From contig MCFE01000056.1 in assembly GCA_002104905.1 (NCBI GenBank), positions 62,001 to 126,000 on the forward strand: a DNA stretch of 64,000 nucleotides. Direction: 5' to 3'. This document shows, piece after piece, positions 23,003-35,000 of the stretch. Source of the stretch: Basidiobolus meristosporus CBS 931.73. Its lineage: Eukaryota; Fungi; Basidiobolomycota. The notes beneath the pieces are model-generated. The model was not told where the DNA came from. It worked only from the letters and a program-made list of their open reading frames with translations, and did not search any database. The translations under genes were made by a program, and so were the position numbers. Position 1 is the first letter of the stretch. Every line of letters begins with the position of its first letter.

Positions 23003-23830
23003 AGGTGAATATTGAGGTGGAATTCCGAATTCTTACAACAAACTTAGTCACTTAGATCATTACCTACAAATCTTAGTGAATACTGACCAAATTCCTTGTC
23101 GGGATTTACTTGGAATATTTTCACCAAAATATCAGGTACCCACAACATAAAAATTCTCAGAGCTGTCCAAACAGCCCCAAACTTTGCACACATATTCTTG
23201 AGACCTTCCTAAACCTACTCTACATGCTTGATATGTCAAGACCATGTATAAGTATAAATACTACTTTTACATTCTATAAATTCTTAAGTGAAAACCACTT
23301 AATCTACCTGTTCTCCCAATCTCTTCCAATATCTCAAGGACTCTTACAACAGGCTATGGACCCCAAGTTGTCACTCCCTACAATATATAATACTGCTACC
23401 ACTGGGGTTTTCTCCTCTGCTGAAAAGCTGAATGGATTTAACTATCAAGTCTGGAAAGTGAAGAAAAATATGCTACTACAGGAAAGAGGCCTTTAGTGTT
23501 GTAAAATTTGTATTCCACTAAATATTCACCTAACTTAGTCACTTAGATCATCACCTTCAAATCCTAGAGAATACTGACAAATTCTTGTCGGATTACTTAG
23601 AATATTACCAGAACATGAAGATCTCAAAGTTGTCCAAACAGCCCAAACTTGCACACATGTTCTTGGACCTTCCTTAACCTATTCTGTGTTTGTAATGCAA
23701 GATCAGTAAAAGTATAAATACTACTTTTACATTCAATAAATCATTAAGTGAAAACACATAATCTACTTGTTCTCCAATCACTTCAATATCTCCAAGACTC
23801 TTACAACATTTAGGATATTGTTATGGTATG
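23003..23830 (+). mobile_element. Copia family A, truncated 5' end (LTR ~23003-23351, PBS, gag start) interrupted by a solo LTR
   Basis: LTR ends CTCTTACAACA, followed by degenerate PBS GGCTATGGACCC and gag EKLNGFNYQVWKVKKNMLLQERGL. Confidence 0.8.
23497..23808 (+). mobile_element. Solo LTR, copia family A, with 5-bp TSD TTTAG
   Basis: TGTTGTAA...TTACAACA flanked by TTTAG at 23492-23496 and 23809-23813. Removing it restores the gag reading GGCCTTTAGGATATTG. Confidence 0.9.
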
Positions 23831-25971
23831 ATACTGATGTAGCTCAAATAAAAAAAAACTATGGCCTCCTGCTTAATAACCTCTGCATATGCACACACCT
23901 ACTGCAATTGACACACTTCTATCACCTCAACTTTACTGCTTTTAGTGTGATACTTACAAAATTGCTATATACCTTGTATTGCAGGCAACATATAATCTTG
24001 CAAATATATGCTTGGTTGCTGCCACTTTTGCCATGAATACCTCCTGAATATTTGCAAAGAACTTCTTGGTATCCCTATGGGAAATAATTGATGATCAAAA
24101 CATAAAGTATATATTGATCACACTCACCTGGATTATTGCACAATGCAAACCTAGTCAACATTTCTCATCACCAGAATACATAAGTGGCTTTTGATTGGTC
24201 CTCTGCCAGTTCTCTCACTTGCTGATCCCAGACACTCAATCACCTCCTACATTTGTGTACATTGATTGGCTATTGCTTCTTTTTCACACTCATTACTTCC
24301 TGATTCAACCAATTCTCTTACCTTTCATGTATAAAAATTGATTCATATCTATTGAAACCTCCATTGTACCTCAGTAGCCATTTGTATTGACCTATACTAG
24401 TCCCTATACCCAACACTAACATTAAGCCCAACCCCATATTCAACAAGCAGCTCCATTTAAATCCACCTTTCAATAAGTATTTCTGATGTTACACCCTTTC
24501 CATGACTTTGGTGGGAACCCTATGGCTTTATGCTGCTGTTCATTCACTAGTTCCCATATATCCTGGTCTTCATCCAGCACTGCAAGGCCTTGCACCTCAT
24601 CTGCCAGTCTTTGCAATAAATCCTTACAATAATCAAGTGCATTTTCTTCAGCACTGCTCTTGAAGAAGTGCTGCCACCTCTTTGTGTGCCTATTGAATGT
24701 TCCAAAATTTCACTGTAGGCATTGTGAAAGTCTTTTGAGTTCTTGATATTGTTGCTTTGTCTGTCAGTAGGATCTACTCTCTGACTACAAGGGAGGACAT
24801 GGAGGCAATGATGGACAAATTGCTTTTCTCTGAAAACACATCTACCTCACAGCAGTGTAGCTCAACTAGCAGTGCTTCTAACTCTTGAGAAAACAGCTTT
24901 TGTCTTGTTGGTAATTCTTCTTGGCTATGCTAGGATTCAGCCTGTTCTGGGCTGGCAGTGTTCAATGGTGAGAACTGCAGCTTCTTTCTCATGCTTCCCT
25001 GTCTCTGGCTTGGGCAGACTTTTTTTTTGCCATTACCTTAACCTGAATCACTACCAAGTCTTTCACTGCTAGTTTGAATGTGTGCTTCTTGTATTGTACT
25101 CTGTTTTCTCCTTGATGAATGCTGCAATGGTGCTTCCATTTTTGCCTGCTTGTTCATTGCTGGCACTTTCCCAGCTTCCTGATGTTACTTTGCCACTTGC
25201 TTGGACCTATTAACCCTGCTCCTGATGGGCTCCTGAGAAAGCCCAAGGGCTATTCCACAGTCAAGTCTTCACTGCTACTGTGACTAGGTGCTTCTTGTAT
25301 TGAACTATCTTTTCTCCTTGATAAATGCTGCACTAATGCATGTGTTTCTGCCTACCTGTCCCTTGCAGGCACCCTGCTGGCTACCTGACATTTCTTTGTT
25401 GCTTGTTTGGAGCTTTCAGCCCTGCTTGTGGCAAGTTCTTGAGGAAGCTGCTGGTTTTAGCTGTGGCATCCTTGTTCTTCTGCCTTTGATAGCTTCTGCT
25501 ATTCTTGAGAACATTCTTAACATACCAACACTGGCCCAAAATCCATTTGCTTGCTTGGATCCAGGATAATGTTCTTGGAACATTTCAAGCTCATTCTGCA
25601 TGACCTTAAGTTCCTGATGATCCAATGGTATGCCAGCCTTAAGCGGATGCTGTGCCAGACCTCTAGCAGCCACTTGAAATATTAGCCCACTCTTCATCAT
25701 TGCACCCAACAGCTTCACAGATCTTCAATGTCCTTTGATTTTCAGGCTTAGGTATAAGATCTACAGTCACTCCCTCCCATGCTGTGATACATTTGACTAT
25801 GGGCTTTATCTTTGGGCACTGTTGTTGTGCTTTAAAGACTGTACAGTGTCCCACTGCTGTTACATTGAAAAATGGCTCATTTTTGGCTGTGACATTGTGC
25901 TATTTGAGCTCCTTCTTTGCAGCAAAGATACTGCATTCTCTACCTAGAATATTGATTGTTCTATACGTATT

Positions 25972-26206
25972 AAACTTGTTCCATTGAAAAGTGCCATATT
26001 GAGCATTGAGTGCCAAATGATGCCATAGTATGCCAGTGAGGCCAAGTAGACCTAAACTTGGCCACAGAGTGTGAAACATAGTTCTTCATGCTCATGCAGA
26101 GCAGCCCCTATGTTTCACACATTGTGCTGGAGAAAGTCCATTTTTGACCTTTTTTTGGGATCAATGCTGAGCAGGATATGTAAGAGCACAGAAGGACTGA
26201 AGATAT
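25972..26206. mobile_element. Truncated (one-arm) copy of the fold-back MITE
   Basis: Matches the left arm of 38977-39710 and 51801-52517; preceded by ATT. Confidence 0.75.
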
Positions 26207-27035
26207 CTTCTTCTTTTGCTGTTGTCAACAGTGGGGTTTGGTTGAGAACCACACAACTCTGCTTTATTTTTTGGCAGCATATATAGGGAAGTGAGTCAGA
26301 CCACAGGGGAAATAGTATTACATATGTGTGTGCATGTGGTGATACAACTTTATCTATAATGCTTACTATGGCAGGTCATCATTGCTTTTTACATTCATGT
26401 AGGTGCAATATCTCAGTTACAAGACTGCCTTGAACTCACATGAGTAGTGACAATAAAGTGACATAATAGTGTTACATTGTTGAGTGTCAAACTCCCTATG
26501 AAAAATAATTTGGGCCCACAGATGGATTCAATCAAGATCAGCCATCAGGATCCCATTTGGAGACTGTCATAATACCAGCAGCTTGGAATTAGTGACCTGC
26601 TTGACAATCTTATGACAGGATCACAACAGCATTTTGCTAATTTTACTGCCAAGTAAAGATATAAAACTTGACAGGGTTTGTTTGGAGCTGTGACAATAAT
26701 TGCATGGCATTGTTGTGGTCTTGATTTACTCTACAGCTATTTTGAATGGATCTAACAGGCCAGTACATCCCATTGCCTTATATGGCAAAAAACTTGACGG
26801 TATTTTGACAGCCCCATAGCAAGTCTCTGATGGCATCATTACGGCAGTATGGCAGCCTACAGTTAGTTCTGTATAATGCTACCATTCCAATTTACCAGAT
26901 GGTATTTCCTTTTTCTACCTCCCCTTGCACAATTCATATATTTCACTATAGAATTACCCCTCTTTATTTACTTACCCACTACTACCTTGGGTATTCCACA
27001 TATAGTTCAAATCAAAAGAAACTATGGCTCATTCT

Positions 27036-30000
27036 TGTTGTAAAAATTTGTAATTCCACCTAACTATTCACCTAACTTAGTCACTTAGATCATTACCTTC
27101 AAATCCTAGAGAATACTGGCCAAGTTCCTTGTTAGGATCTACTTAAAATATTTTCACCAAAATATCAGGTACCAGAGCATGAAAATTCTCAAAGTTGTCC
27201 AAACAGTCCATAACTTTGCACACATGTTGTTCGGACCTTCCTTAGCCTACTCTATATGTTTGTAATGTCAAGACTATACAAAAGTATAAATACAACTTTT
27301 ATGTTCAATAATAATTAAATGAAAACCACATAATCTACTTGTTCTCCCAATCACTTCCAATATCTCCAAGATGCTTACAACAGGTTATGAGCCCCAGGCT
27401 GTCACTCTTTGCAATGTTCACTACCTCTATTACTGGAATTTTTCCTTCTGCGGAAAAGTTGGATGGATCTAACTACCAAGTGCAGAAGGTGAGATAAAGA
27501 TGCTGCTACAAGAAAGAGGCCTTTGGGATATTGTCATTGGAGTAGAATGCCCTCCTAAAAACGTGGTAGAGGTAGCCTTATAGTACCAGAAGAAAGAACA
27601 AAGTGCCTTTAACTGCATGTACCTTAATGTTAAAGACAAATTGCTAATTCAATGCTCAAGAGCAAAAATGACAAAGAATGCCTGGAAAGCGTTAGAGGAC
27701 ACCTTCCAGTCATGTTCACCTGCTAAGAAAATGTATCTGAGACAAAAATCCTTTACTACAAATATGCAGCCAGGAGAAGAAATGAAAAATCTAATAAACA
27801 GAATTGTCCTGCTGGTGGATGAGATGGAATCTGTGGGCATACCAACTACTGATGAAGATGTGATATTTACCATCCTGAATAGCCTGACAGACAAGCTTCA
27901 GGGCCTTGTATCAGCCCTAGAGTCCAGAACTGAAGATTTGACCTTGAAAATTACCTTAATGGAAGGCTCCTGGATGAAGAATTAAGAAAATCTAGCACCA
28001 ATAAGAAGGAAGAAGAAAATGCTTTCACAAGCAATGATAACCAACAAAGGAGATACCCAAGACCTTTCAAAGGCAACAGCTGCCTGTTTTGCAACTAAAG
28101 CAAAAGGAAAGGACAAACATCAGACTGGTGCTTCAAAAAGAGACAGAGTCAGCAGAAAAAGCCTGATTATGGAAATGCTGCAACAACTGAAGATAGGCAA
28201 TTCATATTGGCCCTAAATATGACCACAAACAAGGATTCTCAGACATGGTATATTGACTTGGGAGCATCTTAACACTCTATATACCAAAAAGAACTATGTA
28301 CCCAATATCAAGAAATTCCAATAAAGAAGGTTTTCATGGGTGACAATAGCACACTTGATGCAGTGGGAGAAGGAGCTATCCAAGTAACCTTAGAAGCAGT
28401 GAAGAAAGCCATACACTGACCTTTAAAGAAGTATCCTCCGTACCAGAAATAGCCATGAACCTGCTATCTAAAAGCAAGGCCACAGCACAAGGACTCAGTT
28501 TCAGCTTTGACAATTCTGGATTCAGGATCACTGATCAAAATGATGCCCATATTGCTATGGGTATCAGAGATCAGAGTCTATACAGGTTGACTTATATTTT
28601 GTCATATCTGGAAGGCAATATAGGTAATCTTAATGCAGAAATAGCAGTGCTTTGGCATAGGAGATTTGGGCACATCAATTTTGATTATTTGCACAAAATG
28701 ATCAAAGATTGGCTGATTTTCTGAGTAAAAATTGATCCCCCAGCTAATTTGAAGCACTGAGAAGCCTGCATATGTGAGAAATAAGCCAGACAACTGTTCA
28801 AGAGCTCTGGGTTACTCAGAACTAAGAAGAAATTAGATCTAATTCACTCAGGTCTGTGTGGACTTATGCAAGATTTATCCTTAGGCTGGATGAAGCATTT
28901 AATCACTTTTGATGATGATTATACAAGATACATGCGGGTCTACTTCATAGAGAGAATGGAAGAAGCTCTGTCCAAGTTCAGGGAGTTTAAAATCATGGTG
29001 GAGAGAGAAACTGTTTACAAAATCAAGAAAATGTGCTCTGACAATGGTTGAGAATATCCCTTAAAACTCTTCATCTACTTTTGCAAAATTCAGGGGATAA
29101 AGCAAGAGACTACTGTGCCATACTCCCCACAGCAAAATGGAATAGCAGAACATGCAAACAGATCAATAATTGATATGGCAAGATCTATTATACCTGATCA
29201 AAAATTATCCTATAATGTTTGGGCAGAATCAGTTGCCACAGCTGTATACCTTAAAACAAGGAGTTATAACAGAATATTTGATGCTTTTACTCCATTTGAA
29301 GCACAGTATGGATACAGACCACATGCAGAGCATCTAAGAATACTTGGGTATACACCTTATGCCAAGAAACTGCCTGGAAACCAATCAACATTTGAGCCAA
29401 TAAGTATAAAATGCATATTTTTGGGCCACTGCAATGAGAGTAAAGCGCACAGACTCTGCAATACCAAAGCAAAGAAGCTATTCAGGTCCAGGGATGTATT
29501 GTTTGATGCAAATTCAAAATTTTCAAAAAAATGACATCAGATGATGACAAAAATCTGATCTCAAGTCTACCATTGTCAAAATTGAATCAGAGCAAAACAA
29601 CAGAACGTTTTCACTCCAGAGGACTCTACAACTATGATTCAGTCTGAAGCAGTGCCCAGGAATATCCCAGAAGTGATCATTCCAGTATCAAATGCCCAGA
29701 GATCCAATCAGGCAAGATATAGCCCAAATTACTATATAAATGAGGGTACAAACTTTGTTGTAAAAATTTGTATTTCCACCTAAATATTCATCTAACTTAG
29801 TCACTTAGATCATTACCTTCATATCCTAGAGGATACTGACCAAGTTCCTTGTTGGGATTTACTTAGAATATTTTCACCAAAATACCAGGTACCCAGAATA
29901 TGAAAATTCTCAAAGTTGTCCAAACAGCCCCAAACTTTGCACACATGCTCTTGGGACCTTCCTTAACCTATTCTACATGTTTGCTATGCCAGGACCATGT

Positions 30001-32069
30001 AAAAGTATAAATAATACCTTTACATTCAATAAATCATTAAGTGAAAACCACATAATCTACTTGTCCTCCCAATCACCTCCAATATCTCCAAGACTCTTAC
30101 AACAAACTTAGCCTATGCCTATTCAGTCCATATTGATGAGCCCCAGACTGTAAAAGAGGCCCTAAATAGCCCTCAGACAAAGTTTTGGAGATCTGCAATG
30201 AATGAGGAATATCAGGCCATGATTGAACCACAAACTTGGGACTTGGTCAAATAACCAATCAACCAAAAGTCAATTGGATGCCAATGGGTCTTTAAGACAA
30301 AATACAAGGCTGATGGTTCAATTGAAAGATGCAAAGCAAGACTTGTGGCCAAATGATACTCTCAAACAAAAGGGCTTGACTATACTGAGACCTCTGCACT
30401 GGTGTTCAAGTTTCATTCCATCACATTGATATTGGCTATTGCAGCCAAATATAAGTTTTTTATTCATCATATGGATGTAAAAACAGCATGTTTGCATTGA
30501 GAACTTGATGAGAAAGTGTATATGGACCAGCCTGATGGGTTTGCTGACCAAGATAACCCCCATTTGGTCTGCAAGCTTAAAAAGTCACTATATGATCTCA
30601 AATAATCACCTAAAGCCAGGAATTGCAAGATAAATTCTTATTTGGAATCTTTGAGTTTCAGAAGGAGTAATGCTGACTATAGTATATACTATAGGCTTAA
30701 TAGAGCCAATCCAGTTCTATTAGCTCTATATATGGATGATCTTATTATAGCCACCAATAACCTAGCAACATTGGAAGAGACTAAATCCAACTTATCTCAG
30801 GAGCTCAAGATGACCAATCTAGGGGAACTCAGTTACTACTTAGGGAATAAGCTCTCCATAGACAGAAGTACCCAGACTATCTCCCTGAGTCAATCCAAGT
30901 ATATTCAAGATATACCAAAGAGGTACTAAATGGAAGACTGTAAACCAGCAGCTGCCCCAATGGAGACAAACTTTGACTTGGTCAAAAACTCAACCAAATC
31001 AAGTGAGCTTGGTGCCATCTGAAAGCCCTAACTCTCCATATCACTCTATAATCAGCAGTCAGATTTATATCATGCTTGGAGCACATATAGATATCTCATA
31101 TTCAGTTCAAGTTGTCTGCCAGCATAATTAGAACTATGGATCTGATCATATTGCAGCTGTTAAGCAGATTTTTAGGTGCCTAAAATGAGCTGCTGATATC
31201 TGCTTAAGATACACTTATAAGGACTCAGAATAGGATCATGTGGGATACTCTGTTGCTGGTTGGGGACAAAACCTGGAGGACAGAAGATCCACCACAGGAT
31301 ACATGTTTCTTTACAGCAAAGGAGCAATTTCATGGAATTCAAGAATTAAACCAACCATTGCCCTTTCTACTACAAAGGCAGAGTATATGGCAGCCTGTGA
31401 AGCTACCAAAGAAGCAATGTGGTTAAGAAAGCTTTTGACAGACTTAGGCCTATGTCAAAAAACACCTATTACATTATTTCAAGATAATCAATAATGTGTA
31501 CAATTATGTTGAAATTCATCTTTTCATGCTGGAACTAAGCTCATAGATATTAGACATCATTTCATACATGAAGCTATAGCAAATAACAAAGGTAGCTTAG
31601 TTTACTGTCCTTCAGATGAAATGATTGCAGACATACTTACCAAACCATTAACTAGACACAAATTTGAATATCTTAGGTCAAAATTAGGACTAGTAAGTAT
31701 GAGCATTTAGCTGAGTGGGAGTATTGTAAAAATTTGTAATTCCACCTGGATATTCACCTAACATACTCACTTAGATCATTACCTTCAAATCCTAGAGAAT
31801 AATGACCAGATTTCTTGTTGTGATTTACTTATAATACATTCACCACAATATCAGATACCCAAAGCATGAAAATTCTCAAAGTTGTCCAAACAGTCCCTAA
31901 CTCTGAACACATGTTGTTGGGACCTTCCTTAACATACTCTGTGTGTTTGTAATGTCAAGACTATATAAAAGTATAAATACTACTTTTACATTCAGTAGAT
32001 AGTTATGTGAAAACCACATAATCTACTTGTTCTCCCATCACTTCCAATATCTCCAAGACTCTTAAAACA
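27036..32069 (+). mobile_element. Copia family A element A2, full-length but degenerate (stops and frameshifts)
   Basis: 5' LTR 27036-27382, PBS GGTTATGAGCCC, gag, integrase (PYSPQQNGIAEHANR), RT (ALYMDDLII), RNase H (ALSTTKAEYMA...FQDNQ), PPT GAGTGGGAG, 3' LTR 31722-32069. The TSD is not cleanly preserved. Confidence 0.9.
29756..30104 (+). mobile_element. Solo LTR, copia family A, nested in A2, TSD AACTT
   Basis: AACTT at 29751-29755 and 30105-30109. The empty site GTACAAACTTAGCCTATG is seen in A3 (~39955, minus strand). Confidence 0.92.
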
Positions 32070-35000
32070 CTACTTTCTAACTTCTACAAATGCACACACC
32101 TACCACAATTGACACACTTCTATCACCACAACTTTGTAGCTTTCAGTGTGATACTTGCAAAGTTGCCATATACCTTGTACTGCTGGCAACATATAGATCT
32201 TGTAAACATATGCTTGGTTGCCACCACTTCTGCCATGAGTACCTCCTGAATATCTGCAAAGAACTTTTTAGTATTTAGCCAATATGTTCCTTCTCCCTGC
32301 TGGATTCTAGTCCCCCTTATTGGTGTACTCTGGCTTTTGTTTGTGTAAATTCTGTATTGAATGGTGTAGAAGCTGGCTTGTGACCAAGAGAAATCTGGCA
32401 TATCTTGGTAGAGTTTTCCTAATAAAAATTAGTTGCTTGTTGCACCCAATCCAACTTTGCATTACTTAACTAATGACCCACACATTGGGGCTGCTTAGCT
32501 TTTTAATGTCATAGGCATAGGCGCAGATATCATTGAGACTACCATCAAGATTTTCCTCTGATACTGTAAGACAGATGGCAGATTCAGGTTGATGAGAATC
32601 AGTGGCTAGCAGGATTTGCTGGTAGAGTACTTGTTTAATGAGAATTCATCAAGTGCCAAGGCAAAGGCATGGCCATACATACCTTCAAGTAGCCCTTGCT
32701 TCTCAGCTGTTTGTAATGCTTGCCATCAAATATATTGGATATGTTTGCGCTTGATAGATACTGAGTGTTGTACTTTATAGCTTTGCAATATTTGTTGGAC
32801 TGCACAAGCTTCTTTAGACAGGATATTACCAGAATATATCTAGAGTGTGAACCATGTTTCCCCTCAATGGCGGTGGATTCCCAACAATTTGGACACATTG
32901 CAATGGTAGCAATTTTAGATGTGAATTCCATGCAACTGTTAACACATGGTGGAACAGGACAGTCTCTGGGTCATATGTTGCCAGCCACATCATGGTTGTC
33001 CACTTGTACCATGCACATGGTAAGTTGCATCCTGGAATGATTTTGGTAAGAAGTAGTAATAAATCCTTAAAGCCTGCATTAATGATATTAGTGGAAACAT
33101 GCCACTTCTCTAGCCAGATCATTACAACATTCACCAGTAAATGGATTACTGGGCTCACTTGGCTCCATAAAGTATTCTTGGCAATTGTTACAATGGGTGT
33201 TGTCTCATTGCATACTGGGATTTGACCAGGCTCATGCATGGTGCTGTTGTTAGGGGAGATAGGCTTACAATCCATCAGTGAGCCTTCTTTGTAGGTGCTA
33301 TCACTCTGCATGCCATATTCAGAGGGCTGAGGTTAGCCTAAAGGCATCACAGACTCACCTGACTCAGTTTGTGCAAGGTGACAAAGATGGCCAGGTTCCA
33401 ATATAGATGTATCAAGTGGCTGGCAAGTTAATGTTGGTACAGTAGTGACTGATGAATGGTAAAGTATGCCTTGTGAGGCAAAACACTGGCCATTATCCTT
33501 GTAATATTTGCTATGCTGTCTGCATACTTCATAGCAGAGAGGCTTGCCACAATAGCCACATGGTCTTCTTTCTCTTCTCTTAGGGTGTTGAATCAGAGTA
33601 GTCCTGTCCATGGGGCAAACAGTTTGACCTTCAACAATGTAATGCTATTGTATCACTTTTTGGTCAATACTCATGTGAGTTTAAGACAGTCTTGTATTTG
33701 AGTCATTGCACATACATGAATGTAAGATTCAATGATGACCTGCCATAGTAATCATTATAAATAAAGCTGTGGCACCACATACACATGTATATGTAACACT
33801 ATTTCCCCTTTGGTTTGACTTACTTCCATATACATGCCGCCAAAAAATAAAGCAAAGTTGTCTGGTTCCCAACCAAGCCCCACTACTAACAGTAGTTGAA
33901 GAACAATTGGACAACAGCTTGCTTTGACATCCAGTGCAACAAGCAGGGCACCATCCAAAAAAGGCCATGTTGACAGTGTACACACTGAAGGTTATAATGC
34001 TGACTCCTCAGGCTCTCAGTCAAGTAGGCAATTGAGAACCTCTGCAGAGCTGCAAGCTGACCATTATGCTCAGGCAGATGAGAATGTAGCAAACTCAGTA
34101 CCCTCAGTTGAAGACCAGCAGATGGCTGTTATAAAATCACAACCACCCATATTAGCAAATATGTTGTCAGCTCATACCAAAGCATTAATGAAGCAATTAG
34201 GTGCAGTAGATGATAGGATAGATGCAATGGCCCAGAGAAGTCAGGAAATAGTCCAGAAACAGGATGAATGGATGATACATGTAGAGCAATCAATGCCCCA
34301 CATAGAGAAAGCAGTATCTTTGCTGCAAAGAAGGAACTCAAGTAGCTAAATGTCACAGCCAAGAATTGAGCCATTTCCCAATGTAACAGCAGAGGAACAC
34401 TGCACAGTCTTTGAAGCATAACAACAGTGTCCAAAGACAAAGCCCTCAGAAAGACCTCTCATAGCATGGGAGGGAGACAATGTGGTATTTATACCAAAGC
34501 CTAAAAATAATAAGACATTGAAGATCTATGAAGCTGTTGAGTGCAATAATGCAGAATGGGCTAATATTAAAGAGGCTGTCAGAAGTCTAGCATGCCATTA
34601 CTCTAAGGCTGGCATACCATGGGACCATCAGGAACTCAAGGCCAAGCAGAATGTACTTGAGTTGTTCCATGAGACTTATCCTGGATTCATAGAGGCAAAC
34701 AGATTTTGGGTCAGCATTGGTATGCTACAAAAGTATCTTAAGAATAGCAGAATCTATCAAATGCAGAAGAACAAGGGTGCCATGGCTCAAAACAATGGCT
34801 TCCTCAAGAGCCCTTTACAAGCAGAGCCAAAAGCTCCAAACAAGCATCAAAGAGATGTCAGGTAGTTGGAAGAGTGTCAATAAGGGACAAGCAGGCAGAC
34901 ATGAATGCTCCAGCACTACATTTATCAAGGAAAAAGCATAGTACCATTCAAAAAGGTACTCTGTCAACATTGCAGTAAAGGACCCTGTAATGATAGAAAC

